Source: Archangium sp.
GTDB lineage: Bacteria; Myxococcota; Myxococcia; Myxococcales; Myxococcaceae
Length of the DNA: 19,851 nucleotides
Direction: 5' to 3'
Assembly: GCA_031367385.1 (NCBI GenBank)
Contig: JANLPS010000223.1
Location: forward strand, 1 to 19,851
Shown: positions 8,795 through 17,985 of the stretch, one piece after another
How the letters are laid out: the number at the start of each line of letters is the position of its first letter
Position numbering within the stretch: the stretch's first letter is position 1
Made by a program: the position numbers and the translations under genes
Notes under the pieces: model-generated
Told to the model about the DNA's origin: nothing
Seen by the model: the letters and a program-made list of their open reading frames with translations, nothing else
Database searches by the model: none

Positions 8795-8831
8795 AGCGGG
8801 CGGCGCCACCTGTGGCCGCCCGCTTTTTTTT
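8795..8831 (+). terminator. Rho-independent terminator
   Basis: Stem AGCGGGCGGC (8795-8804)/GCCGCCCGCT (8815-8824), T8 tract 8824-8831, 22 nt after the TAA of the 7915 gene. Confidence 0.92.
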
Positions 8832-9008
8832 CGCCCAACCCCACGCGAGTTGGAGGCCTCGTAGTTCGCACGAGCTGAGGTAGGCTCCGCGCCCGAACGT
8901 GCGCACGCCGATGCTGATCGCGCCAGCCCCAACGTGTCGAGAGAGCTCACCATTGAGAACGACTGCGCCCCGTGATTCACAAACGCCGAGCCGTTCGGGG
9001 GAGCCGAC

Positions 9009-9402
9009 ATGAAGGGTCGAACCTTCGGCGACTTCGTCATCAAGGAGCAGATCGGCGAAGGCGGTGGAGGCGATGGTGATTTCTCGCGCTGGCCGGTTGC
9101 TGCCCAAGCTGCTCGACCTGGGCATCGCTCGGCGCGGCACTGAAGCCGGCGACCTGCCTGCGAAAGAGACCACCGACAAGGACCCTGCCACCGACACCCT
9201 TCAAGGCGTGAGCACGACCAGCACCCTCGCCTCCCAGTTAGCCGAGTCAGAGACGATGGATTTGACGCGCGTCGGGGTCGTCATTGGCACACCGGCCTAC
9301 ATGCCCCCCGAGCAGTGGGTCGATGCCTCCGGTGCCGACGCCCGCTCAGACCAATACAGCCTCGCCATCGTTGCGTTTCACGCTCTGACCGGCCCCCTGC
9401 CC
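9009..9402 (+). pseudogene. Ser/Thr protein kinase remnant with internal deletion and 3' truncation
   Basis: ATG 9009 reads MKGRTFGDFVIKEQIGEGGGGD (subdomain I). A different frame from 9073 reads MVISRAGRLLPKLLDLGIAR...GTPAYMPPEQW...DARSDQYSL...ALTG (VII-IX). The VAIK and HRD regions are absent. Confidence 0.85.
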
Positions 9403-9750
9403 ATCAATCAGAGAGTGCCTGATCGAGCACCGTCGACTGATGGCCATCACCGGGCTGCGAGGGGTGGTCACCGAACGAGAGCCACGCCTCGCTGTCGGGC
9501 TGTTGTTGAATTCGAGAGACCAAGAGACATTCTACTCGCTGCTGCGACAGGCCTTTCCGGGTTGTGAACCTGGAGAAAAGTTCATCGACGTGTGGCGGAA
9601 GTTGGCCGCCGCGGGGATTGGTTTTCCAGAGAATGACGCATCGATCGACCTGGTTGGGCCGCTCCTCGAAGGCAAGTCAGACTCGGAGGTCGTCGCGCTG
9701 ATGGTCGAACAATTCGACCTCGACCCCGCGGAGATGGGGCACGCTAGCGA
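9401..9750 (+). pseudogene. C-terminal fragment of an unrelated hypothetical protein
   Basis: Frame reads PSIRECLIEHRRLMAITGLRGVVTEREPRLAVGLLLNSRDQETFYSLLRQAFPG...LLEGKSDSEVVALMVEQF, which is protein-like. It is closed upstream by TGA 9386, has no RBS, and its stop (9838) lies inside convergent msrP. The right boundary is approximate. Confidence 0.5.
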
Positions 9751-9773
9751 GCCCCGGTTCTTGAGGCTGCGTC

Positions 9774-10784
9774 TCAGTACAGCCCGCGCGGGTCTTGCCC
9801 GGTGTACAGGTGGGCGACCTGCTCGGCGTACCCGTTGAACGGCAACGTCGGGCGGCGGGCTACCTCACCGATGCGGCGCTCGGTGGCTTGGCTCCAGGGG
9901 CGTGGCAGGTCTGGGTTCACGTTGGCGTAGAAGCCGTAGTCGCTGGGCGCGGCGAGGCTCCAAGTGGTCGGCGGCTGCTGCTCGACCAGTCGAATTCGCA
10001 CAATCGACTTGATCCCCTTGAACCCATACTTCCACGGAACCACCAGTCGAAGCGGCGCGCCGTTCTGGTTCGGAAGCTCTTTGCCGTAAAGCCCGACCGC
10101 CATCAGCGTGAGTGGGTTCATCGCCTCGTCGATTCGCAGCCCTTCGACGTACGGCCAGTCGAGCGCCTGCCCTCTCTGCGCTGGCATCTGAGTCGGGTCT
10201 TTGAGCGTCTCGAATGCGACGAATTTCGCGGCTGCGGTGGGCTCGACCTGATTCAGCAGCGCCGCCAGGGGGAAGCCCAGCCAGGGGATGACCATGCTCC
10301 AGGTCTCGACGCAGCGCATTCGGTACACGCGCTCTTCAAGTGGAAATTTGCCGATCAGCGCGTCGATGTCGATGACTTGCGGCTTGCGACAGGCGCCGGC
10401 GATCTCCACCGTCCACGGCCGGGGTTTCAGCAGGTGCGCGCCTTCGACGGGGTCTGACTTGCCGTCGCCGTACTCCCAGAAATTGTTGTAGCTGGTGACG
10501 TCGTCGTATGGCGTCAGCGCCTCGGGCACGGTGTACTCGCCGCGCTTGGCGATGGCGAAGGCGGCGGTGGGCTCGGTGCCGGCATCTCCACGCACCTCGG
10601 CCAGGGCTCGCGAGGGCAACGTCGGCCGGCCCGATTTCGAGAGAAACCAGAAGGCGCCGGCGGTGACCGTGGTGGCGGCGGTGAAGAGGGCCGCGTTGCG
10701 AATGAAGTCGCGCCGGCGCTCATACGTCGCCTCCGGCGTGATTTCTGAGCTCGGTGGCTCTTTGGGCAAGTCATCATTCGCCAT
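9774..10784 (-). CDS. msrP: Protein-methionine-sulfoxide reductase catalytic subunit MsrP (YedY), Tat-exported molybdoenzyme
   Basis: SSEITPE..Y..RRDFI Tat leader; [28 protein letters not shown] (Mo-ligating Cys); [68 protein letters not shown]. Confidence 0.97.
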   Translation of the reverse strand: MANDDLPKEPPSSEITPEATYERRRDFIRNAALFTAATTVTAGAFWFLSKSGRPTLPSRALAEVRGDAGTEPTAAFAIAKRGEYTVPEALTPYDDVTSYNNFWEYGDGKSDPVEGAHLLKPRPWTVEIAGACRKPQVIDIDALIGKFPLEERVYRMRCVETWSMVIPWLGFPLAALLNQVEPTAAAKFVAFETLKDPTQMPAQRGQALDWPYVEGLRIDEAMNPLTLMAVGLYGKELPNQNGAPLRLVVPWKYGFKGIKSIVRIRLVEQQPPTTWSLAAPSDYGFYANVNPDLPRPWSQATERRIGEVARRPTLPFNGYAEQVAHLYTGQDPRGLY

Positions 10785-10830
10785 CGCGCTTTCTACGATA
10801 GACCCGGTTGGCTGGTTTCAAGGGGGTAAG

Positions 10831-11571
10831 ATGACTGGTGACGCGAGGGTCCTTCGAGTCCCTCCTAAGGACAAACGGAAGATTCTCGGGACGGTGAGAG
10901 GTGAGCTCGCGGCGATTGGTGACGCGAAGCGCGCCCTGAAGATGCAGGCGTACATGAAGTCGGAGATGCCGTTTCATGGCGTCCCCGCTCCGGTGTTCAA
11001 GGTGTTGATTCGCTCGCTCTTCAAGGGGCTGGTGTTCGCTGACTTTGACGAGCTGGCGGCGGCGGTCAGGGCGGTGTGGCACGGCGCGAAGTTTCGCGAA
11101 GAGCGCTACGCGGCGATTCGGTTGCTCGACCGGCGTGCGCTGCAGCCCGCCGCCCCCGCGCTCGCCTTGCTCGAAGAGCTGATCAGCACCGGCGCCTGGT
11201 GGGACCTCGTCGATGACGTCGCGAACCACTTTCTGCACCCGCTGCTCGTCTCTGACCCGGCCATCACCAAGCGCACGCTTCGGCGGTGGAGCCGCGGTGA
11301 CGACCTGTGGCTGCGCCGCGCCGCCATCGTCGCGCAGGTGAATGAGGGTGAGGCGATCGACTCCGCGCTCTTGTTCGAGGTGATCGAGCTCGCGATTGAC
11401 GAGAAGGCGTTCTTCTTGCGCAAGGCCATCGGCTGGGCGCTGCGCTCGCTTGCCAAGGTGCGACCCCACGAGGTGCGCGCCTGGCTCGACGAGTACGGCG
11501 AGCGGGCCAGTGGGCTCACCCGGCGTGAGGCGATGAAGGGGCTCGTGGGGCGAAAGCAACGAGGGGCCTGA
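10831..11571 (+). CDS. DNA alkylation repair protein (AlkD-like HEAT-repeat family)
   Basis: MQAYMKSEMPFHGV, REERYAA, WWDLVD, WSRGDDLWLRRAAI, FFLRKAIGWALR, SGLTRREAMK motifs. ATG 10831 chosen because the longer ORF overlaps msrP. Confidence 0.9.
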   Translation: MTGDARVLRVPPKDKRKILGTVRGELAAIGDAKRALKMQAYMKSEMPFHGVPAPVFKVLIRSLFKGLVFADFDELAAAVRAVWHGAKFREERYAAIRLLDRRALQPAAPALALLEELISTGAWWDLVDDVANHFLHPLLVSDPAITKRTLRRWSRGDDLWLRRAAIVAQVNEGEAIDSALLFEVIELAIDEKAFFLRKAIGWALRSLAKVRPHEVRAWLDEYGERASGLTRREAMKGLVGRKQRGA

Positions 11572-11673
11572 CATCGGCGGCGTGAAGCACGAAAAACCGA
11601 GAGGTGGTTCGTCGTGAATTCACGGCGAAGTGGGTGCTGGCGCCTGGCCCGGCTTTCGCACAAGAGCCATCAC

Positions 11674-11997
11674 ATGAAACCTTTCATTGTTGGCTGTGCG
11701 CTCGGGCTGTTGATGTCTTTCACGGCCTGCGGGCCCCAATCAATCACGCTGAAGATTTCGAACTACACGCTGGCCTGCCAGCAAGACACCGACTGTGTGG
11801 CGGTCGCGATCGACGATGTGTGCGCGCCGTGCCATTGCCCGAATGCGTCGGTCGCTCAGTCGAGCAAGTCGAAGTATGACGCCGACGTTCAGGCCGCTCA
11901 GACCGCCTGTGGCCCCCGCCCAGCCATCGCATGCGCGGCGGCCTGCATTCAGGTCGTGCCGCGGTGCGTTTCGAACCGGTGCCGGACGAACTCCTGA
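11674..11997 (+). CDS. Small cysteine-rich lipoprotein
   Basis: MKPFIVGCALGLLMSFTA-C signal II/lipobox; 10 further Cys (CQQDTDC, CAPCHC, ...CVSNRC). Confidence 0.8.
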   Translation: MKPFIVGCALGLLMSFTACGPQSITLKISNYTLACQQDTDCVAVAIDDVCAPCHCPNASVAQSSKSKYDADVQAAQTACGPRPAIACAAACIQVVPRCVSNRCRTNS

Positions 11998-12026
11998 GCG
12001 TGCCATCTGCCCAGATTTGCTATTGA

Positions 12027-12046
12027 AAATCGCCCGCGGGCGATTT
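12027..12046. promoter_or_regulatory. Perfect 20-bp palindrome AAATCGCCCGCGGGCGATTT (operator or terminator-like)
   Basis: Self-complementary; intergenic, 29 nt after the lipoprotein stop and about 100 nt before the kinase start. Confidence 0.5.
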
Positions 12047-12142
12047 CTCAGCCCCTGAGAACGGCCCGACTGGGGGCTGGGCTTTTGCCGAGATTGCAGG
12101 GTAAACGGCCCATCCTCGAATCGGATAGGGTGTTTTTTGGGC

Positions 12143-13741
12143 ATGGCGCCGGCGACTCAACAGACCAGCGAAGACGTCACGGTCGAGTTCGTCGCTGACG
12201 GGCTCGACCCCATCATCGGCCTGACGCTCGATGGCCGTTTTCGCGTGGTGGGGTCGGTCGGCAAAGGGGCGATGGGCACCGTCTACAAGGCGATTCAAGA
12301 ACCCCTCAACCGCACGGTCGCCCTCAAGGTGCTCGACTCGAACTACGGCGCCGGGCGCGACGAGACGTTTCGGCAGCGGTTTCTGGTCGAAGCGGCGCTG
12401 ACCGCCAAGCTCTCGCACCCCAACACGGTGCGCATCATCGACTACGGCTGCACCAAAGACGGCCTGTTTTACCTCGCGATGGAGTACCTGGCCGGAGCGA
12501 CCCTCGACCGGGTGCTGCAGCACGGCGGGCTCTCGTGGCGTCGGGTGGCGGCGATCACCCTGCAGGTCGCCCGGGCGTTGCGCGAGGCCCATGACCTCGG
12601 CGTGGTGCACCGCGACCTGAAGCCCGCGAACATCATGGTGCTCAACGCCGACAACGACGCTGACTACGTGAAGGTGCTCGACTTCGGGTTGGTCAAGTCG
12701 TTCATCGAGGGCCGCGAGCTCGAGGGGCGCGCGATTACACAGCACGGCATGTTGATGGGCTCTCCGCCGTACATGGCGCCTGAGCAGGGCGACAAGAACC
12801 GCGCCGACCCACGCAGTGACATCTATTCGCTGGGCATCGTGATGTACGAGGCGCTGACCGGCAAGCCGCCCTTCACCGGCAATGGGCCGCTGGAGATCAT
12901 TCTCAAGCACGTGAACCACCCGGTACCGCCGATGGTCACGCCCGACGGGGTCGAGGTGATCCCCGAGGCGATGGCGGCGCTGGTGTACAAGTGCCTGTCG
13001 AAGTCTCCGATGGATCGGTTTCAGTCGATGGAGGAGCTCATCGCCGGGCTGCAGACGATGATCGCGGTGCCGGTGATGACTCCCGCGCCTGATGAGATAC
13101 CGATGGTGAGCGACTTCGTCGATGTGCCGCCTCGGCATCGAACCGGGTTGATGGCGATGGGGTTTTTGGGAGCCCTGGCCATTGGCATCGCGGGCACGGC
13201 GCTGGTGCTGCACAAGCCGGCGGTGAAGCCGGTCGAGGCGGTGACGACGGTCGTGCCCGCGGCCCCCGTGGCAGTGCAGTTTCACGTCGACAGCGAGCCG
13301 CGCGGGGCGCAGGTCGAGGTCGATGGGCGAACGATGGGGCTGACTCCGGCGAGCTTTTCGTTGCCGGCCGGTGAACGCGGGCGGGCCTCGGCGCAGGTGC
13401 GGCTGAGCATGAATGGGTTCGCGCCGATGACCGTGACCGCCGCGGGCAAGGGCACGGTCGAGGTGATGCAGACGCTGGTAGCAGTGCTTGAGCCGGTCGT
13501 TCAGGCGCCGGCTCCTGTGGTGGCGCCGGTGGTGGTTCAGCCGCCTGAGATGAAGAAGGCCCCGGTGCGAGTGGCTGCGCCGAAGGAGACCCGGACTCGT
13601 GGCAAGCAGCACAAGGCTGCGGCGGTGAAGCCGGTCTCGAAGCTGAATGATGAAGACGAGCCGGTGCCGCATGTGGTGACTCCGCCGGTCGAGGTTGCGC
13701 CGGTGAAGGTCGAGAAGGATGAGTTGAAGCGACCGCTGTGA
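12143..13741 (+). CDS. Membrane Ser/Thr protein kinase (Hanks type) with TM helix and PEGA-like domain
   Basis: GKGAMG, VALK, HRDLKPAN, DFG, GSPPYMAPEQ, DPRSDIYSLG; TM LMAMGFLGALAIGIAGTALVL; PEGA-like VDSEPRGAQVEVDG..GLTP. Confidence 0.95.
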   Translation: MAPATQQTSEDVTVEFVADGLDPIIGLTLDGRFRVVGSVGKGAMGTVYKAIQEPLNRTVALKVLDSNYGAGRDETFRQRFLVEAALTAKLSHPNTVRIIDYGCTKDGLFYLAMEYLAGATLDRVLQHGGLSWRRVAAITLQVARALREAHDLGVVHRDLKPANIMVLNADNDADYVKVLDFGLVKSFIEGRELEGRAITQHGMLMGSPPYMAPEQGDKNRADPRSDIYSLGIVMYEALTGKPPFTGNGPLEIILKHVNHPVPPMVTPDGVEVIPEAMAALVYKCLSKSPMDRFQSMEELIAGLQTMIAVPVMTPAPDEIPMVSDFVDVPPRHRTGLMAMGFLGALAIGIAGTALVLHKPAVKPVEAVTTVVPAAPVAVQFHVDSEPRGAQVEVDGRTMGLTPASFSLPAGERGRASAQVRLSMNGFAPMTVTAAGKGTVEVMQTLVAVLEPVVQAPAPVVAPVVVQPPEMKKAPVRVAAPKETRTRGKQHKAAAVKPVSKLNDEDEPVPHVVTPPVEVAPVKVEKDELKRPL

Positions 13742-13859
13742 CCGAGGTGTTGCGGCTTGGCTGTGGGGTGGGCCGGGGCTGGGTGGTTCGGGCGCCGTGC
13801 AGAACCCGACCAGCTTCTTTCTGCGGCGGTCCGACGTCCGGAGGGGGGTCCTCCGGCGG

Positions 13860-13960
13860 GCGGGGGCAATTTGAACTGACAACTGCGTTTCCCATTTCTG
13901 TCGGGCGGCGCTCGAGTTCAAAAAGTACGAAACGCAGTTGTCATTCTGAAATGCCCCCGC
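13860..13960. repeat. Long imperfect inverted repeat (about 100-nt hairpin); candidate ncRNA or MITE/REP-like element
   Basis: TGACAACTGCGTTTC (13877-13891)/GAAACGCAGTTGTCA (13929-13943), a perfect 15 bp, and GCGGGGGCA (13860-13868)/TGCCCCCGC (13952-13960) share one symmetry axis. Confidence 0.8.
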
Positions 13961-14293
13961 GCCCTCCGCACCCCTGCTGGCACCTCGGTGTGATGTGCGA
14001 CTCACTGAGCTGCCCCCCAGCTTTGGGCGAAGGGGCTCGATGCGACGAGCAGTGCGGACGAAGCCCGCCAGACCTTTGCTCATCAGTGCGCTGTGTTGAT
14101 GGGTTTGACGAGGGCAAGGCCGGTTCATCGAGTCCCTCAGGGCGAACGGGGGTAGGTTCGCGGCCATGAAATTGCCTGACCGTTGGGTATTGAGTCTCGC
14201 CCTGCTGTTGGCGATCACGGCCTCGGCCGCACCTGCGCACGCGAACGTCACATGCATTGGCGAGCCTCAAGACGTCCAACTCAAGTCTGTGTG

Positions 14294-15385
14294 ATGGCGA
14301 CCGAAAAACAGAACGTGGACGAGATGTTGAAAACCTGGTCGCGCACCCGTGATCCGGCGCTGGCCGATGCCATCGAAGCGGCGAACCCGACTCGGTGGGC
14401 GCAGCTGTTCAAGACCACCGCAGGGTTCAAGAAGGGTCTGGCGCTCGGGCGCATTGCCCGGCTGCCGACCGACGACCCGCGGGTGACAGTGTTTCTGATC
14501 GATTGCCTGCATCGAGCGCGGTGGCCTGGCCCAACAGCGCAGCCGTTGTGGGCGAGCGTTTTCAAGAAATTAGTCGAGCTCAAAGATGTCCGCGCGGTGG
14601 CGTCACTGCGAGAGGCCGCGGCTCAACCACCTCCGATTCTCGGTGCGCCTCATGCGGCGTGGCTCAAGGCGACATTGCTGGCCACGGCCGATGCGATTGA
14701 GAAAAAGGGCGCGCGAAAAGTGACAACGACGATCGCCACGTTCGGGCCCAGGAAGCCAGCCAAGGCACTCTCGCCAGCGGTCACGAGCGCATTCAGCTCG
14801 ACCACCGACGATGCCTCTCTGATGGTGCTGAGCGACGCGCTGCTCGAGCGAGGTGAAGCGTGGGGCGAGCTCATTCGATTACAAACCCAGACGGGGCCTG
14901 GCGGCAAGGACCGAGCGGCTCAGGCTCAGAAGTTGATCTCGAAGCACCTCGCTGAATTCGCCGGAGCGGTCGCTCTGGTGGCCCGCAACCGCCAATCTTT
15001 GATTTTCGAGAAAGGGTTTTTGACCGAAGTCAGCGTCGGAGGGCAACGTCCACGGCCTGCCTGGGAGCGTTCTGTGACTGCCGAGCACTGGTCGACCGTG
15101 CGCGCGTTGCGGCTGAGGTTGGGAACTCCGGTGTGGTGGCTGACGGCACTGGCGAACCAAGCGCCGTTCAAGCGTCTGCTGCTGATCGAATGCAATTGCA
15201 TCTCGCTGCAGCGAAAGCAGCCGACCGACTTTTTCACCGCGGTCACTCGACATCGAGCGCCAGGGCGGCTGGCACTCAAGTGGGCGGGAGGCGTCATTGC
15301 CGGCCTGAGCCCCGAACACCGACAGTCTCTTGCTGAATCAGTGACCAACGCCGACATCAGGGCCATGATTCACGAGTTCGCGTGA
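14294..15385 (+). CDS. Hypothetical protein with internal TIGR02996 (repeat-companion)-like motif
   Basis: DDASLMVLSDALLERGEAWGELIRLQ resembles the DD..RLVYADWL.ERGDPRGEFI.LQ motif, followed by FEKGFL; helical N-terminal domain. Start GTG 14291 or ATG 14294. Confidence 0.7.
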   Translation: MATEKQNVDEMLKTWSRTRDPALADAIEAANPTRWAQLFKTTAGFKKGLALGRIARLPTDDPRVTVFLIDCLHRARWPGPTAQPLWASVFKKLVELKDVRAVASLREAAAQPPPILGAPHAAWLKATLLATADAIEKKGARKVTTTIATFGPRKPAKALSPAVTSAFSSTTDDASLMVLSDALLERGEAWGELIRLQTQTGPGGKDRAAQAQKLISKHLAEFAGAVALVARNRQSLIFEKGFLTEVSVGGQRPRPAWERSVTAEHWSTVRALRLRLGTPVWWLTALANQAPFKRLLLIECNCISLQRKQPTDFFTAVTRHRAPGRLALKWAGGVIAGLSPEHRQSLAESVTNADIRAMIHEFA

Positions 15386-15527
15386 ATTCAGCCTCGCTGG
15401 GACACCGGTCAACGGATCCACGGCGAGTTGCGTACTTGTCGTTCAGACGGCGGTGCTTGCGGGGCTGGGTTCAGACCCGCGGGTGACGTTTCTGCAGCTC
15501 TGGGAGACTCTCGACTTGGAGCAGAGG

Positions 15528-17039
<1,512 letters not shown>

Positions 17040-17049
17040 GCGAGAGGCC

Positions 17050-17985
17050 TTATAAAGAAGGAGAGAGCCGCCGTGCAGCTTGTTCGAGCGTCACCGCTTG
17101 ACGATCTTCGGCCAACCACGAAAAGAGGGTCGACAGGCGCTTGAGCTTCTGCGCCACCGGCACCCGCAGGTCTCGTTGCTGGGCGGCCAGCTGTGGCGCG
17201 ACGCCATCGCTCACGTCGAGTACGTCGACCGCATGCAGCTCGAAGTTGAACAGCTCGTCGTGCCGAAGCCTGCGAAACGTCGCCTCGACCAGCGCCCAGG
17301 GCATCGAGGTGGCGAAGGTGCCGATGAAGGGCACCCGCGCCCACGGGCTCACCGACATCGGCAGCTCGACCAGCGGCGCTGAGCCCCGCGTGTACGGGTT
17401 CTCGTGCGACGGCCGGTACGGCACACGCGGCGCGAGCAGCACCTTCGGCGAATCGAGCACCGCCCGCGACGGCCGGCCGGCCACCTGCAACACCGCCATC
17501 ACCGAGGCCTTGGCCGCGTAATACGGCGCCGCCGGAAATGCCGACGAGTCGTACGCATACCCGCGCGAGAGCACCGCCTCGAGCATCGCCGAGCTGAAGG
17601 TGTAGCCCGGGGCCCGAAACCCGACGGGAGTCACTCCCAGTGCCGAGGTCATCGCGGCTTCGCACTGCTTCAGGTCAGCTTCGATCTCGACCGCGGTGCG
17701 GCGCGAGAGCGCGTAGTCATGCGAGAAGCTGTGATTGGCAAGCTCGACCCCGCTCGCGTGCGAGGTCTTCAGCGCCGTGACCAGCTCGGGCGACCCCAGG
17801 TCGCTGCCGATGACGAAGAACGTCGCTGGCAGCCGGGTCTGCGAGAACAGCTCGAGGTACCGGGGTATCGCCTTGGTCGCGACCAGCCCCCGGGCCTCGT
17901 CAGAGAGCGCCGACTCGGGCACTCCTTGAATGCGGCAATAGTGCGGGAGCGAATCGAGATCGACTGAGACGGCGGCGAGCCTCAC
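17050..17985 (-). CDS. Polysaccharide deacetylase (NodB/CE4-like)
   Basis: SVDLD, ATFFVIG, ELANHSFSH, GFRAPGY, YDSS motifs; the GTG start overlaps the GT2 stop (GTGA). Confidence 0.9.
   Translation of the reverse strand: MRLAAVSVDLDSLPHYCRIQGVPESALSDEARGLVATKAIPRYLELFSQTRLPATFFVIGSDLGSPELVTALKTSHASGVELANHSFSHDYALSRRTAVEIEADLKQCEAAMTSALGVTPVGFRAPGYTFSSAMLEAVLSRGYAYDSSAFPAAPYYAAKASVMAVLQVAGRPSRAVLDSPKVLLAPRVPYRPSHENPYTRGSAPLVELPMSVSPWARVPFIGTFATSMPWALVEATFRRLRHDELFNFELHAVDVLDVSDGVAPQLAAQQRDLRVPVAQKLKRLSTLFSWLAEDRQAVTLEQAARRLSPSL

Noticed and set aside
8832..9008. Possible further gene remnant ending ...SPNVSRELTIENDCAP* (stop 8973-8975)
   Set aside because: Too short, with no recognisable motif or start; cannot be supported without a search.
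7131..9770. Calling the accessory tract a defined mobile element
   Set aside because: No transposase, integrase, tRNA target, terminal inverted repeats or target-site duplication could be identified.
10495..10830. N-terminal extension of the AlkD-like ORF
   Set aside because: It is antisense to the msrP 5' end; family similarity begins only after 10831.
13738..14169. 143-aa ORF in the kinase-TIGR02996 gap
   Set aside because: Composition is not protein-like (C/G/S/R-rich); the region is better explained by RNA/DNA secondary structure.
12020..14257. 745-aa minus-strand ORF and the other long antisense or alternate-frame ORFs (e.g. 1531-2610, 16095-17000, 18740-19609)
   Set aside because: Arg/His/Pro-rich shadow frames of real high-GC genes, with no motifs.
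15368..15527. Short hairpins between the convergent genes (ATTCACG/CGTGAAT; GGGT-TCAG-ACCC)
   Set aside because: Short stems without U-tracts; expected by chance.
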